A DNA stretch of 61,456 nucleotides, filler included, from Choristocarpus tenellus KU-1152 (Eukaryota; Protista; Phaeophyceae), in NCBI GenBank assembly GCA_964200185.2. It is 10 parts of 10 records of this genome, joined end to end, with 100 filler letters (N's around TTAATTAATTAA, not from the genome) between each part and the next. Parts side by side here need not be neighbours in the genome. Positions count along the whole stretch, not along the records: positions 5,754 to 12,952 come from CAXNAD020006549.1; positions 13,053 to 18,215 come from CAXNAD020011653.1; positions 18,316 to 21,864 come from CAXNAD020019325.1; positions 21,965 to 24,808 come from CAXNAD020024258.1; positions 24,909 to 43,285 come from CAXNAD020000561.1; 5 more parts are not named here. One strand, given 5' to 3'. Shown in pieces: positions 11,924 through 25,853 of this stretch (within the stretch, counting starts at the first letter, position 1; every line of letters begins with the position of its first letter). Under the pieces are notes generated by a model that searched no databases, was not told the origin of the DNA, and saw only the letters and a program-made list of their open reading frames with translations. The position numbers and the translations under genes are program-made.

Positions 11924-12380
11924 TTTACGCGCCGACGCAGGTTAGATGTCGGGAGGGCAACCATGCATAGGTTTGTGTTTGACATAAGGCAGACAGTAAT
12001 GAAGAAATTTGATGTGTTCTACCGAACGGTAAAGACGATACATTTCGAAGGCACGGCAAGACGGTTGGGGGTGGTGTGTACCGACTTGAAACAAGAACCC
12101 TAAGCAGGAAAACATAGTATAGAACTGTGTAAGTGAAAGATGAAGAGATGAAAAGGATTTACGCGCCAACTCGGGTTAGATGTCGGGAGGGCAACCATGC
12201 ACAGGTTTGTGTTTGATATAGGGCAGATAGTAATGAAGAAATTTGATGTCTTCTACCGGACGATAAAAGCGCTAAATTTCGAAAGCAAGGCAAGACGGTT
12301 GGGGGTGGTGTGTACCGATTTGGAACAAGAACCCCTAAGCACGAAAATATAATGTGGGGCCGCGAAAGTGAAAGCATGAA
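11924..12380. repeat. Tandem duplication, ~234-bp period, upstream of the ParB-like pseudogene
   Basis: TTTACGCGCC..GGTTAGATGTCGGGAGGGCAACCATGCA... starts at 11924 and 12158. Confidence 0.9.
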
Positions 12381-12910
12381 TGCACTGGTTTGAAACGAAT
12401 ACGGCAATTTTGGAACGTGCTTCGAGGTAGAAATTTGGTATGTTCTGTCGGTTGGTAGAAGCCACCAAATTCTAAAGTGAGGTTAATGCAGTTTTTTGGA
12501 ACCAAGCCACGCACGCGTGTTGATACCACCGCGCGAGTTAAATCGAGATCGCGTTGCAACGCGATACGAACATTATCGGAAAATTTCCAATCGTATCAGA
12601 GCCCTAACACGCGCGTATCGATGATGTCACTATGTAACACTCGACAGACGGATGTTGTGGTGGGTGGAATTGGATCGTGGAATCTTTGTTCTATTTCGGA
12701 GCAGTTGTCTGATTACTCTCAATATATGTCACTGCAACCCATGTTCCAATTTCGTAAAAGTGTTCGGTTGCATTTGCTGGAATGAATTCTGACGATAGCC
12801 GCTGCATTGCAACTACGTCGACATGTTGGATGTAAGGTGAAATCTGTCTCTTTGCAGATTGGGTTGAGTGTTCGAGATGTAGGCTATTAATATTGGTTAG
12901 GGTTAAGGTT

Positions 12911-12952
12911 GGCTCAAAGTATCTGGGAGGGGGTGGCGGCTGTCCATTTGGG
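12911..12952 (-). mobile_element. MITE family B terminal fragment at contig end
   Basis: GGCTCAAAGTATCTGGGAGGGGGTGGCGGCTGTCCATTTGGG is the reverse complement of 53927-53968. Confidence 0.85.
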
Positions 12953-13235
12953 NNNNNNNNNNNNNNNNNNNNNNNNNNNNNNNNNNNNNNNNNNNNTTAA
13001 TTAATTAANNNNNNNNNNNNNNNNNNNNNNNNNNNNNNNNNNNNNNNNNNNNGGGGTGGGGAGGAGGAGGGGGGGACAAGACGCAAGGTGATGGTGCCAT
13101 TACAGGGTGAGGGTAAGTTTGACAGGAATGAATTGGGGTGGAGGGGGTAAGAGGCATTCATTGTAGAAGAAATATTTTGTTGTTGTACTATGCTGTATGT
13201 AATTTTACAGTAGGGGGCTTTTGACATTTTGTATG

Positions 13236-13493
13236 GAGTGAAAGTATCTTAGAGGGTACGAATTTTGCCCTGTTTGTCCATTTGGGACTTGGCTTCCCAC
13301 AGGTGTTTTATGAAATTTTCCTACTCCGATATGTTTCGGAGTAGGTAAAATTTGCATGTTATGAAAAGGTATGTCCGGAACAAGGATATTGACACTTCCT
13401 CAAAAACATGATAGTCAAAATTACATCAAAATCGGAACATTGGAATTTGACCCCGAAATGGATGCGGCTCTACCCTCTAAGATACTTTGGCTC
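13236..13493 (-). mobile_element. MITE family A, apparent 3-bp TSD ATG
   Basis: Ends GAGTGAAAGTATCTTAGAGGGTA and TACCCTCTAAGATACTTTGGCTC, with ATG on both flanks. Confidence 0.93.
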
Positions 13494-14958
13494 ATGTTGT
13501 TTGATCGATAAATGCCACCAAGATAAACATAGATCGATGTACAGTACTTTTTCTACTGTTGTGGGTTCTATACTTGAGTAGTTTATGATTATAGGTTAAA
13601 TCAGCCCAAAATATTCTCATGTACTCAATTTTAATTCGCCCAGATTGAGGCACCTGAAATGCAGGGTGTTGCAGGGCTCTGCAAGCAGAGTGCATGGTTC
13701 TATGACTCAGAGCACTCGTTTTTACTCTGCCGAATGTTACAAACAGTGCATCATCCCTATCCATCTAGACTTGGTTTACAGTTCTTTTCTTTTCAAGGTT
13801 GGCTTTTGTCGCTGTCAAAACTCCTTGTTGTTGAGTAAATATTGTGCAATTTTTTTTTTCTGGAGTTTTGCATGGTTGGGTGGTTTGGATGGAAGGGTTT
13901 CCTTGCCAATGTGTGTTTAGAGCATCCTGTGTTTATCCTAGAAATGGAACAGGAGTGTGAGGTACCTTTGAGGGCCAGGTTTAGGGTCAGGGAGGGAGGG
14001 AAGATACTGTCCATGGTGTAATATTATGATTTTACTGTTGTACTAACCTGCCGGTGAATGATCTTCTTATGCAAACAATCACTGGAAAAAAATAGTAGGG
14101 TCTATATTTTCCCAGCAGGTTGTTACCAACCCCCTCTGTGATTTCCATCACTAGAGTGAAGTATCCCAAGAATAATTTGCCACTGGTGGTGATATACTCT
14201 TGCCAGCATTTCTTTTTAAATCTGCTGTGCACTGTACCACACTTCTACTGCTTCAACGAAGATGAGGAAGAGTTGACTTTTTTGGGGGGGGAGGAGAGGG
14301 TGGGGATAGGAGGGAATGTCAAATGTTTTTAGATACCATTATATCACAGGGGAAAAGGGTTGTATCATGCAATTATTTGCCCGGTAGGTACAGCTGTGGT
14401 ATCTCAAGATTTGACCTAACAAAATCAGAGGTTGTGGTGTCAAGTTCCAGCTGGACCCATTCCCAACTCCCTACCGTGGAAGGATAAAGAAAGTGAGAGG
14501 GGGTCCAGTTAATGGGCTCAATAGAAAATGTGAAGAGTAATGTGAGATGTCAGGGAGTTTGTGCAATTGGTGGGGCTAATGGTCCATGGATCATGATGGG
14601 TAGGACCCTAGCCTCTGATATTTTTGGATGTTGAGATGCCACTGTTGTGGTACCAGGGCAGATATTGAAGCAAACTTCTACCCAGGTGGTACAGAGGTAT
14701 TTCAACATTTAACTGTGTAGTACCCAAAATGTAGCAATAGTTTCAAGGCCAAATAAGAGATTGCCGCCAACGAGGTATTGGAGGATTGGCGGATCAGTAT
14801 GATGTTAGAAGGTATGCCACCAGTATGTTACATAAGATACCGATGATAGTATATATATTCATTATGCCTTACCGTCATTGTTTTATTTCAAAGTTAGTCA
14901 TACCATTCGTTCAGTAGCCGGGAAGCTTATATTTAGTTTATTATACCCTGTTTGACAG

Positions 14959-17918
14959 AAAAGGAACAGCTGGTACAGCATCCTTGTTCAGCGTTTGGGG
15001 TTCTTGGGGATTTGTCAGTGCTTTTGATGTTGACTTGCATAATGACCAATGATATGTTGGATGGACAGGACGGGGATGGGGGGTGTCGAAGGTTGTGTGA
15101 GACAAATTTAGTTGGTTTTGGTTTTATACGGAGCAGACGACAAGGTCGGCATGTTTCAGAAGGATTAAGTACCTCAGGTTCAACTTCTTGTCAATGCAGA
15201 AAACCTCCCTGTACAGCCCTCCTTACTCCTTTGTCACACCAATGCGGACCTGATCTCCATTGGTGTATTTTTTTGTTGCCCTACAATAAGACCTCTCTTC
15301 ACCAGTCTCACATCTCTATCCCCACTCATTTGATGGATGTGTTTAGGAGATTGTGGGGGTCAGGAGGACCAGTGCATTGAGGCAGTTCCAGGATCTCAGA
15401 TCCCAGGGAATGCCTTGCATGCAACCTGCGACAGCTCTCACGCTAGCCCCAGAGCATCACAGGGCTGCTCAGGAAGGGTTACAGGTAACAGTGGTGGTGA
15501 TGGTGAGGGCCGACGACGGTCAGGACCAGGAGGCTGTGGAGGGCAAGCTGCAGAGTTGTTACTAGTTGCAGCAGAATCGTCTCTGGGAATTGGAGATGGG
15601 AAGGGCTCTGCAAAGGCTGGATCTCAGAATGGAAAGGGAGGGAAACGGCCAGGTGCCAGAAGGGCTTCTGGTGGTGTTGGGGGGGGGAGGGGAGGAGTAA
15701 GGTATGGTGAGGAGGGAGAAGATGAAGTGAGCTTGGAAATTGAGGACAATTGGGAACGCCTCAAGGAGGTGGAACTCCGGGGACTGCATAGGGCGGTGCT
15801 GCTGCTAGGTGGGTTTGGGAGTGGAATGGGAATAGGGAATAGGTTGCTTTTGGTGTGGGGGGGGCAAGGGGCATGGGGGTAAGAATGGATGAATGTCGTA
15901 TTGAATTTTTTTATTGTTGTTGGGGGAAGAGTTGTGTGCAGAGTTTGGTTTTTGTGCATATTTTGTGAGTGTTAGTGAAAGGGGATGGGGTGGGGTTGAG
16001 GCAAGTTGAAAGGTTTCAGTAGAAAACATGTCTGTGAATGATATACTGAAAAGGAGAGGTGTATCTTGTGTGAGTGTGTATGTACGTTTGTATGTATCAA
16101 TATATATAGGAATTTAGTGACCTGCAGCATGACCTTCTACCATGCTTTTGACGGTATATGCTTGATACGTTTGTGCTGTAATGCAGTGGTACAAGCCTCA
16201 GAAGTAGGAAAATATACCTAACCCTAACCCTAACCCTCATCTGGGATTCCCCTGATTTTCTTTGACTAAGAATGAGAGTCAGCGGGATGGTATGTCCGCT
16301 CTAAGTTTTATCGTTGTTATTTAAAGGTATACCCTTAATACAACAGTTGAAAACTTATTTACTTGTGCAGTAGTCACACTATATCACCAGGCAAAATAGG
16401 CCTCTGTGTATTCAGTACTGTACTCAGAAGATGAGTGTATCCTATATATTTGTAATTTTCTAGCTCTATCATTGTTTTTATTTCATTTATTCTTGTTAGT
16501 TGTTACTGCTATTGTAAATAGTATGAATGTATGTAGAACAGCCTCCATGTGTATGTGTGAACACTCTGTGTTGATGCGTTGCTTGGCTGTTACATCTTTA
16601 CAGAGTTATATAAAATTTTCAACTCTTACATAGTTTTGAAAGGGAACAAGGCGCCTGATATTTTAATGCCACTATATATGCGTATGTATGAGCATATATA
16701 CATATGTGTGTGTAGTGTACTGCAGTAGATTACCTGAACTTTTTTTTATCATCTCAATTAACTCTTTCTCACATAGCACTTCGTTAAGGGATGTAACGAG
16801 AGAGTTGAACTTGTGTCCAGTTGGCCACTCTGAGAAGGAATGTTTTGTATGTGATTTGCATCTCTCTTCTGTGTTCTCTCTTCTCTTTTGTATCAAGTAT
16901 ATATATTTGCTTCACTTTTAGGGTTAGAGCCAAATCAGAGTAGCTTAGTTGAGCTTGTCACTGCAGTGAAAATGCCTGACCAGGAGGGTAAAAGAGTGCA
17001 TCCACTGAACAATGAGGCATCACTTTTGTCTAGTCTGCACAGAATTTCATTAATCCATATCCATATATATTCATGTTATTATAAAGAAGTATATCCTCTT
17101 TCTGTGCAGAGACAACCCCTCTGTTTCTATCCTTGACCTACTGTACAGGTGTAGGGTATCGCCGTTGTCCAGAATTTTCCAAGAGCAAAAAAAAAGAACA
17201 AAATATGTATTTATTTTTTTATTTAATGGATGACTACTTCTGAGATGTTACAAGGTCGTCAGTAGGCCTACCAAACATCTTTTTGATGTGCTTATGCTCT
17301 TCCCCCCCCCTCCCCTACCCCAAGGCAAAGTGCAAAACGAGAGAGTATTTCAGGATGTGTGGGCAATGTCAAAGGACACCAATGTGCCCCTCTGTACTGC
17401 CCTTCGGCTGAGCCAAAAGGGGAAGGGTATTGATGTGGATTCAGAGTCACAGCAGGTGTGTGTAAGCAGGCTCCCCTGTCCCTTCTAGTCAGTCTCCCGC
17501 TGTCCCAGCTCCCCTTCCCATCTCTTGCAATTGCGGACAAGTCTCCTCCATTGCCACCTCTCAAAAAAAGTTTATTTTTTTTAATGGGTGAGCGATGCGC
17601 CAAGAGATAAGTTGCACTGGGTGGATGTATGGGTTTCTTTGTGTGTATTTTTATTATTTCAATAGTATGCTTCTTTTGTGTCCGTATCTCTCTACCTGAC
17701 CTCTCAGGCTCATTAGTTTGGGATTGGGGGGCATCATTCAGACAGTACATCTGTAAGATATGTGTGTGTTGTGGGCTCAAAAGTGTGCCCTTGAGAGGGC
17801 ACAGAATTCAAGGCACTGAGTTAGAACCCCCTTCTTGCACAGATTTTTTGTTTCTTAGTTAAGCTGGGCCAGCTTGGGTGACGAAGGAGCAGCCTGTAAT
17901 GTGTTGTCCTTGCTTGGG
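14959..17918 (+). CDS. Partial multi-exon gene of unknown function (exons 14959-15177, 15347-15808, 16922-16987, 17325-17455, 17859-~17918)
   Basis: Five open segments bounded by AG/GT whose phases (1,1,1,0) join in frame: ..LSTSG|DCGG..AVLLLG|LEPN..DQEG|KVQN..ESQQ|LSWAS... No recognisable domain; start and end not found. Confidence 0.55.
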
Positions 17919-18144
17919 GTTACACTCCCTATGCTATGGCATGTTTTGATATACCTCGAGTGTGTTTGTATTTGTATCTCCTCCTTGAAGCACTCCTGTA
18001 CCCACAGCCTTGCCTCTGCCCTTCATTCCCCTAAGAAGGAAATTTGTTTTGGTGTGGGTGAGGTGTGATGTGTCTGGGCTTAGCTAAGCATCAGTGTGTC
18101 GCACCTTCAACAACCAACAATGATGTCTTCACCTCTACCGCCTT

Positions 18145-18213
<69 letters not shown>

Positions 18214-18369
18214 ACNNNNNNNNNNNNNNNNNNNNNNNNNNNNNNNNNNNNNNNNNNNNTTAATTAATTAANNNNNNNNNNNNNNNNNNNNNNNNNNNNN
18301 NNNNNNNNNNNNNNNATTTAATTTAACACAATAATCTCATATACACAAAATAAGATACACTTCACAATT

Positions 18370-18510
18370 GTCCTATTTTGCACAGGCACATCCACCAGTT
18401 CTTCTCCTTTTCACCTTGCTTTGATCACCAGTCGCAAGCGCCTCAAACATCGACCGCCTAAGACGTTGCTCATCTCCCATGCGTGCAGTTAACCCAGCAA
18501 AAAGTAGTTA
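18370..18510 (-). mobile_element. RTE-type LINE, C-terminal relic
   Basis: The minus strand reads LLFAGLTARMGDEQRLRRSMFEALATG, resembling the post-RT (W/F)AGxxxRMxxxRLP region of RTE ORFs. Confidence 0.5.
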
Positions 18511-19439
18511 TACCACGAAAACGCCGGACCAAAATGGAGGTGGCAAGGACAAGGTGTGCCTAGCGCAAGATTTGAAGGAGGCACAGGGACAAACGATGGG
18601 AGTGTTTGAGCCTAACACGTGGGGAGAAGGGCACGAACGGAGGCAGTACAATTATAAATTAGTCTTAGTGCAAGAATGAGATACGGTTATTACTGCGAAA
18701 AGTAGTTGTGTCCTATTGGCTTCAACCACAATCCAGGATACTCCCAAGACCGACTTGATAACCAAGATGTTCGTATTGAGTGTCCCCTGTATGAATTTCG
18801 CTGGTTCGAACCCCATGATCGTCACACTTCTTTTCCAGGGCTATTCACCAGACTGGGTAAACATGACAGGATATATTTGAGGAAGTTCCTTTTCAGCTCT
18901 GAACAGTCTGCTTATGCAAGGTGGAAGCCGTGTTGTCGATCTCATTGTTTCTTTTCATTATTTCAGAGTGCAGGATCTCATCAGTGAGCTTCTTAAGTCA
19001 TAAAATGTGCTATTGCTGTCAGTCCTTTGGTGTGTGGACTGGACAACACGTTCTGGCAAGTTCAGCAGTACTCCCACCTCTTTCTGCACTCAAATCTTAT
19101 CATTGGATGTAAATCAATGATAAATCGTGCCCACAATATCGACACAACACGGTTGTCCGATTTTAGCAAAGTAGAATGCTCTGTCATATTTCGAGCAAGG
19201 CCCCAGTCGGTTTGATTGGTGAGATTGTAGTCGATGCGGTGGTATTCGCCCCTAATGGGGTCCATGTGGGTATGAGGCCCTTTTCCTATTTTTGTGAGAT
19301 CAAAAAACTTTAGCTATTATTTTCATCGCTGCAAACCTTAGCAGATGCACACAATTAATTTATTTGAACAATGTCTAGAAGTTACACGATCCAAGCACCA
19401 AGCTCTCCCCACCCCTCCACTTCACCTCTCTTTCAAATA

Positions 19440-19760
19440 CCGTCATTTGCTTCCAGAAGGGTGAACACTCCGTCGTCAGTGGGAACCTGTTTCAAATGCT
19501 TCAAACAGTGCCGTCTATAACTTGTCCTTTTTTTCTCTCTTTTCTCTGCTTTCTCTTCCCCTCTTTGTAGACTTGGTTGGGGCATAGGCTACAACAAGCA
19601 CTCCAGCCTCTAGCTCACGAGCCTGTCAGCAGGATCCGAATGTTCCTCTGCTGTTTGGTGATATAATTTCCCTTGAATTTTTCTCAGTGCCCAAATTACG
19701 TCTTCACTGCTAATACAACCCTAATTGTCACTGTTTCATCCTCATTCCCACTGTAATGGA
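19440..19760 (-). mobile_element. LINE AP-endonuclease relic
   Basis: The minus strand reads VLVVAYAPTK...KKDKL*TALF...QVPTDDGVFTLLEANDG, matching the YAPT and DxNA motifs of LINE APE domains. Frameshifted. Confidence 0.65.
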
Positions 19761-21711
19761 TAATGTATTCACCGCTTTCAATTTGCACTCTTAACCTTGC
19801 GTTCTCTCGTCAAGCTTGATGATGACACATCTGATAGATTTCGGTCATGGCTATAAAACACCCATATGCTGTATCTCACCCATCACCATCACGACTCATA
19901 CCTCAGTGATTGTCCGGATATAACTCCCTTTATCTCTACGTCTTCATAGCACCAGCTAAGAAGCTGTTTCAGCTGTATTTGTCTTAGTGGGTTTCTCATT
20001 TGATTGATTTTAAGTACTCGAGAGTACACTACGACTCTTTTGTTTTATCCAAATTACTTCCCCAAAAATAATGCAGAGTCTGTTATTGTAGTGTCCTCTT
20101 ATACTTTACCTAAAATGTTTTTCTTATCCCCTCCAAGATATCATCTGCAAATTCTCATGGGCATAAAAAGATACTTATATACTCCGTAGTATTTGGAGTA
20201 TATTATTTCAGAAATAATAACGAACGTCGTAAATGCTGAGGGCTTCTAACTAGTCCTGCTGACTGTGTGTGCATCACAAATTAATTTGAAAGCAACAAGA
20301 ACTTGCGTTTGTCACTATGATGAAATCAGAAATAAGAAAACTGTACAATATAGGACTTGTCAAAAGGAGTGGGAAGCCATTCTGTTTGTACCTCCTTTGG
20401 GAATCGCGAGTTCTTTTAGGTAGGAAAGAATGAGTTGATGTATATTGTGAGTTCTTTACATGCACAGATGTAGTACAGAAAATATGTTACCGAATTCGAT
20501 TGACATAGAAACAGGACCAATACAGCAGCTACAGAACAGAGAGAGGGGATACGATGTTTAGTGCTAGATAGTTAGGTCTAGTGTTGAAGTGTGTGTATGA
20601 CATAGAAGGCGTGACAATTCTGCGCAGCATGCAGCAATAGCGAGATGTGCCGTTGTAGGCACCGCAAGGTGATAGGAACAGCCAATGGTGTTTCTGCCGA
20701 TAATTGCTAACTGTTAATTGAAATTGAATTTAATTAACATATTGTTACAAAAAAACATAGCCCATCTAACAACACGCCCTCATCCCACGGAATAGTTGCG
20801 TTCGGATTAAGATAGCACAGACCTTGGACCACGCAACTTGATGTTTTGATCATCAAACACAGTTGAGTCCAAAAAGACACATAATTAATGTTGTGCTCGT
20901 AGCACTCAACAAAGTGTTAGCATATTGTGATAACATCGTGTGTCATAGACGTCCAACACTGTTGAATGCGTGTAGTATAGATATCCGTTCAAAGTCGGTG
21001 ACTTACCGATTGACATACCATTTTGTCGCTATCCTGCATTCAGGAAGATTTTCCTGACTTTCTGCTGACCAATCCTCTGAAAGTGAACACCATCAACTCA
21101 GGCGGGCATAACATGACCTGAAGCATATTTAATCCTGACTCGTGCCGAAAATCTTCTTATTTCTAACACTATTGTGTCCATAACCCTAACCATAACCCTA
21201 ACCATAACCCGATCCCTCACCCGAGGTCAGAACCTCAGCAACATCCGTGCCGGTCTTAGCCTAGAACCCAAACCTCTCCAGACTATCTTACCTTGAATAC
21301 AATATGTGCCCTCCTCAAATGTATCTGCTATAAAACAATACGTAATTCGCATAGGCTGTGTGTATGTACATCTTCAAAGCAGACATATACTCTTTACATT
21401 AATCCCCGCTGAAGCAAACCTCAAAAAAAAAATTGAGGTTCCCTGGTCTCCCATTAAGCTATTTTGGATATATGCATAGGACAATCGATACAGCGAGACA
21501 TACCATACCTATCTTATGTAGAGTTGTACATCGGTTGTACAGCAGTATCTTCACTACTTTCACAAAATTATTGGACGGAGTGTTATCCCAGAAATATCCT
21601 GTGAGTGTGAAATCGCTCACCCCAAAAGTCTCCGCCAAGTCCCAGAGTGGTCCCTCTTAATCTTCTTATTTCCCCTTGAGCCCTGTAAGATATCTCATCT
21701 CACTCTACACG

Positions 21712-21864
21712 TGGTCAAAGTATCTGGGGGGGGGTGTCGGCGTCCGTTTTTCACCCTTTTTTTTATGTTCACTCTTTTGGTGTGCTTTGGTCGCACGTGT
21801 CGGATTTGAAGTGTCAGCAAAAAAAAGAGTTGTTTGACCGAAATGGACGCCCCCTCAGAACCCC
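21712..21864 (+). mobile_element. MITE family C, truncated by contig end
   Basis: GGTCAAAGTATCTGGGGG.. start; collinear with 5754-5910. Confidence 0.85.
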
Positions 21865-23068
21865 NNNNNNNNNNNNNNNNNNNNNNNNNNNNNNNNNNNN
21901 NNNNNNNNTTAATTAATTAANNNNNNNNNNNNNNNNNNNNNNNNNNNNNNNNNNNNNNNNNNNNCTCCCAGATACTTTGAGTCAGCTGTGAGTCCCAGAG
22001 GGCGTCAGGATAGGGAAGGTGGTGGTGTGTGGTAATATTGCTACCGTTATGTAGTGACATGGGGAAAAGAGGGCTTACTGTAGGGTGGGGAAGGGTTGGG
22101 CACAGTAAGACACATTTTGGAGCAAAAACAAAAATGTAGTCATACAGTGCATTATGTTTCCTTTTCATACTTGATGTTAAGATCAGCGGTCATTCGTGAT
22201 GGAATGTCAAATGATGTTTTTTTGTTGAACTTCGAGTATGGCTATTACACTTTTGTACCGATTTATGGAAGATCAGTTTGTTGAACAGGGTCCCTCGAAA
22301 TGGACTCACGGGAAAAGTTTAGCATCAAATGGTAGTCAAACCAGGGCCAAACCAACTGAATATGATATCTTCACTAATAATTGAATGCAGAGCTGGTACT
22401 GGAGATCGGTTTGGGTAGATGGGAGTTGGAAAATGTTTCAGAAAAACGATACTAAAGGCTTCCATGATCAACAACTGGCAGCTTGCGTGCACCTGAAAAC
22501 AAAATGACTATGGGACCAAACACAACCAACCAACATCAATATATTTATCATATGAGCCTTCTGGCTTTAGATTGCCATAATTCCCTGTTATTGTTTATCA
22601 CAATCTAGGAAATGTATACAACACACATACGTCTATATGATGCTTCAGAGTATGTTTGAGTATTATGTTTCACGAAGATGGTCAATCAAAGTTTTTTTAA
22701 AATAAGATATGAGGTTGTGTTTTATTTGCTCTGTGAGGAGCCTCAAATGGTTGGAGTAATGTGTTGGGTATCACAGCATATACAAGGCAATACCAACTGT
22801 TTGTATACTCCTCTGTGACACACCTAGTTATGATGGGTTTCCTTTTTCTTCATGAAAAATAACCTCAAAAGAGACCTTACAGGCTTGGATACTTCCATTC
22901 TCTAGTCCCATTTCAAATAGATCCTACAGAGTTCTTTGCATATCAACCCAACGGAAAGTATCCATCCTTCAAGAGGCGAGGTTGACAAGATAGCAAATCT
23001 TTATCGCATGCTTCAAACAGCAGATGCATACTGTACATGTGGGCATTCACACATAGAGGGTTGCATAC

Positions 23069-23184
23069 CTCACCATTTGCGTAGTTCATCCTACCCCGCC
23101 CGTTGCACTTGTTGTCCTGCCACTCCCCATCATATTTTCCCCCATCGCTGAAGTAGAATACCCCTAGCCCATCCTTCATGTTGT
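23069..23184 (-). CDS. Internal exon of a MORN-repeat protein
   Basis: AG|..NMKDGLGVFYFSDGGKYDGEWQDNKCNGRGRMNYANGE|GTATGC fits the MORN consensus YxGxWxxxxxxGxG. No other exons were identified on this short contig. Confidence 0.8.
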
Positions 23185-24207
23185 CTAGGGATTGGATCGC
23201 AGTAATGCATACAATGCAAGATGGGCAGGTTGATGAGATGAGCCAATTAAGAAGCTAGTTATGGGAGTATGTTGCACTATTTTGTGGGCATTACATAAGG
23301 AATATGTCACACAGCTGAGAAATGCATACAAAAGTTGCTTTTATTTTTATTTTTCTCCAGGCGTGAAGTACTCAGTGCATGGAAACACCCAACAGGGCGG
23401 TACCAGGTGCATTAAATTTATACCTCACATCATCAAGTTGAAACTTACCATATCAAATAATCTTTCTTGTTGCTGTGAAATACTCCCCGTGAGTGCTCTG
23501 TGAAATATCAATTAGACTATTCCAAGTTCTTTCTTTCCATTTGTATTTGGTACCACAAGGCTAGAGACTTCACTCTTCACATTAATAGTACCATAATCTG
23601 TTTTGCTGGGTTTTCTTCCCTTCCTCATCTCTCCTTAATGTCTTCTTTTTACATTCAGACTCTACTCTTTAACCCGTGGCCTCGGGATTACATCTATCTC
23701 CACAATACCTTGGCTTCCAGCCTGTCATGTTTCTGTACCAGAAATTAATTCACCTCTAGTCATGCTTACAGTTTACATACAAAAACGTATTTTCATGTTG
23801 TCTCGTGTGCCACATTGATCCACCTCATTCTGTTCTGCAAACAATCAACTAGACTTTCTCACTCTCTCTTATGTTTTCGTCAATGCATCAGCCCACTGTC
23901 TTTGCTGCAGTCTCCGACATTATTCCCCTCATGCGGATACATTTATGCATTTCAATAGTTTGAAGTACTCTGCAAAGCTCCTTCATTGCCTGTGCCTGTC
24001 TTTGCTCAACCCACTGTCGGACAGTTCAAAAATAGTGTTTTTTTTGGTCTCCCGAAGAAAATTATTTGGAGACTGCATGTCCCATTGTCTATTAAAAACG
24101 TTGATATAATCGATTTTCCGGAGTAAAAGTGGAACCTTTATGCAGTCCAAGAGGCAAGGAAGGCAAAGTGCGAAGCACCATGGGCCAAACATGAGGACAG
24201 TCCAGCA

Positions 24208-24458
24208 GAGCAAGTATCTTAGAGGGTAGAGCCACGTCCGCCTGGAGGCCAAAATCCAATGTTGCAATTTTGATGTCATTTTGGCTGTTGTTTTTGTTAG
24301 AAAGTGTCAATATCCTTGTTCCAGACAAACTTTTCATAACGTATACATTTTACCTACTCCGAAACATTTTGGAGTAGGTAAAATATCGTAAAAAACACGT
24401 GGAAAGCCCCAAACGGACAAACAGGGCAAAACTCATACCCTCTAAGATCCTTCCACTC
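24208..24458 (+). mobile_element. MITE family A (TSD not recognisable)
   Basis: Ends GAGCAAGTATCTTAGAGGGTA and TACCCTCTAAGATCCTTCCACTC. Confidence 0.9.
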
Positions 24459-24617
24459 ACACACACACTGCAGGTACACGGCAAGGTGAAACCCCTTTAC
24501 CATACGCAACCAATACCCACAATCGCCAAGAAAATCATCAACCTTATCATTGCCTGTTATACTAGCTGTGCTCTTAATGAAATATACAGTACTCGGTCCA
24601 TGAATTTGTATATTGAT

Positions 24618-24799
24618 GACCCAAAGTATTTGGGGGAGGGGGGGGGTCTACACCAGGGTGGCCATTTGGGCCAAAATCGGGAAAAGTGTATTTATATTAT
24701 CCATCAGACGTATGCAACCAAATCACCCCAAAATCGCGACATGAAAAATTTGACCCCGAATGGACAGTCGACACCCCCCCCCCCCAGAAACTCAGAGCC
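24618..24799 (+). mobile_element. MITE family B, full copy, 4-bp TSD TGAT
   Basis: Ends GACCCAAAGTATTTGGGGG and CCCCCAGAAACTCAGAGCC, flanked by TGAT on both sides. Homologous to 53784-53968. Confidence 0.88.
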
Positions 24800-25587
24800 T
24801 GATACACGNNNNNNNNNNNNNNNNNNNNNNNNNNNNNNNNNNNNNNNNNNNNTTAATTAATTAANNNNNNNNNNNNNNNNNNNNNNNNNNNNNNNNNNNN
24901 NNNNNNNNCACCTGTTTATGGTGCTCATGCTATAATTCAGCCCCTTGGTGGCCATCTTCATTGTCACCTGACACACTGTGGATAGCCGATTATCGGAGTT
25001 AATACTATGTGTTGTGGCGGCCACCTTGGTAGGTGTGATATATGGCCGCCCACTACGTACCGTCACCCCTAGGTCAAGCATGTGGCCGAGCTGATGGGCG
25101 ACGTCCTCCCAGAGCCCTTGCATGTAATGCTCGGACACTCCAACGTATCGCAGCAGTTTATGCTCACCAGGGACCATCATGAGGGCATGCCGCACTGCAA
25201 GCGCAACCCTGGTATTCAGGGACATGGTTGAAACCCCCTCTACAAGCTCGTCAATGGTGCCGTAACACTCCGCCTAAACCCTGCTCTTCAGAAATGCAAA
25301 AACACCATTCCTACGCGGAGGTGTTGACGGGGGGTTGCCATGCCGATGTTCTGACCCTCAACGTGCCCAGTTCTGGCCTCAAAATTTCCCCAAAAGACCC
25401 CTACTTTGACGACTTGAAGAACCTCGAGTTTGTACGTGATGTTCCTCGACTCCCACCTTTTCTGAAAGCTGAGATTATCAACCCGATTTCATTCTGTGGG
25501 GTTATCGTCCGATTCGGCGCCTTTCTCGCTCGGCAAGTCCATATGTTTCGCGGCACAAACTTATGGCACTTTTTGCAATTGTACTAA

Positions 25588-25819
25588 TTACTACTACTAT
25601 GCTACAGCCATAATACTACTATTCTACTATTACACTACTACCACTCTACTACTACTACTGCTACTTCTTACATTTTACATCATTGCTGTATGTGTACAGC
25701 AGTGTGCATAAAATTGATAATCCCCCTTTCCACACACATAGGGACACCACAATTCAGCAAAGGCCCTTCCTGCAACTGTGCTGCTGCTGCTGCTGCTGCT
25801 GCTACTACTACTACTGCTA

Positions 25820-25853
<34 letters not shown>

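Noticed and set aside
12548-12565. Helitron 3' hairpin
   Set aside because: There is no CTRR terminus at the expected distance on either strand and no Rep/helicase sequence.
18146-18213. Poly-proline ORF from a long poly-C run (also 47285-47323)
   Set aside because: A homopolymer at a contig end, of unreliable length and possibly a sequencing artefact.
24909-25225. ORF MSLNTRVALAVR.. running into a linker
   Set aside because: It has no recognisable motif and is truncated. It cannot be joined to the MORN exon across the linker.
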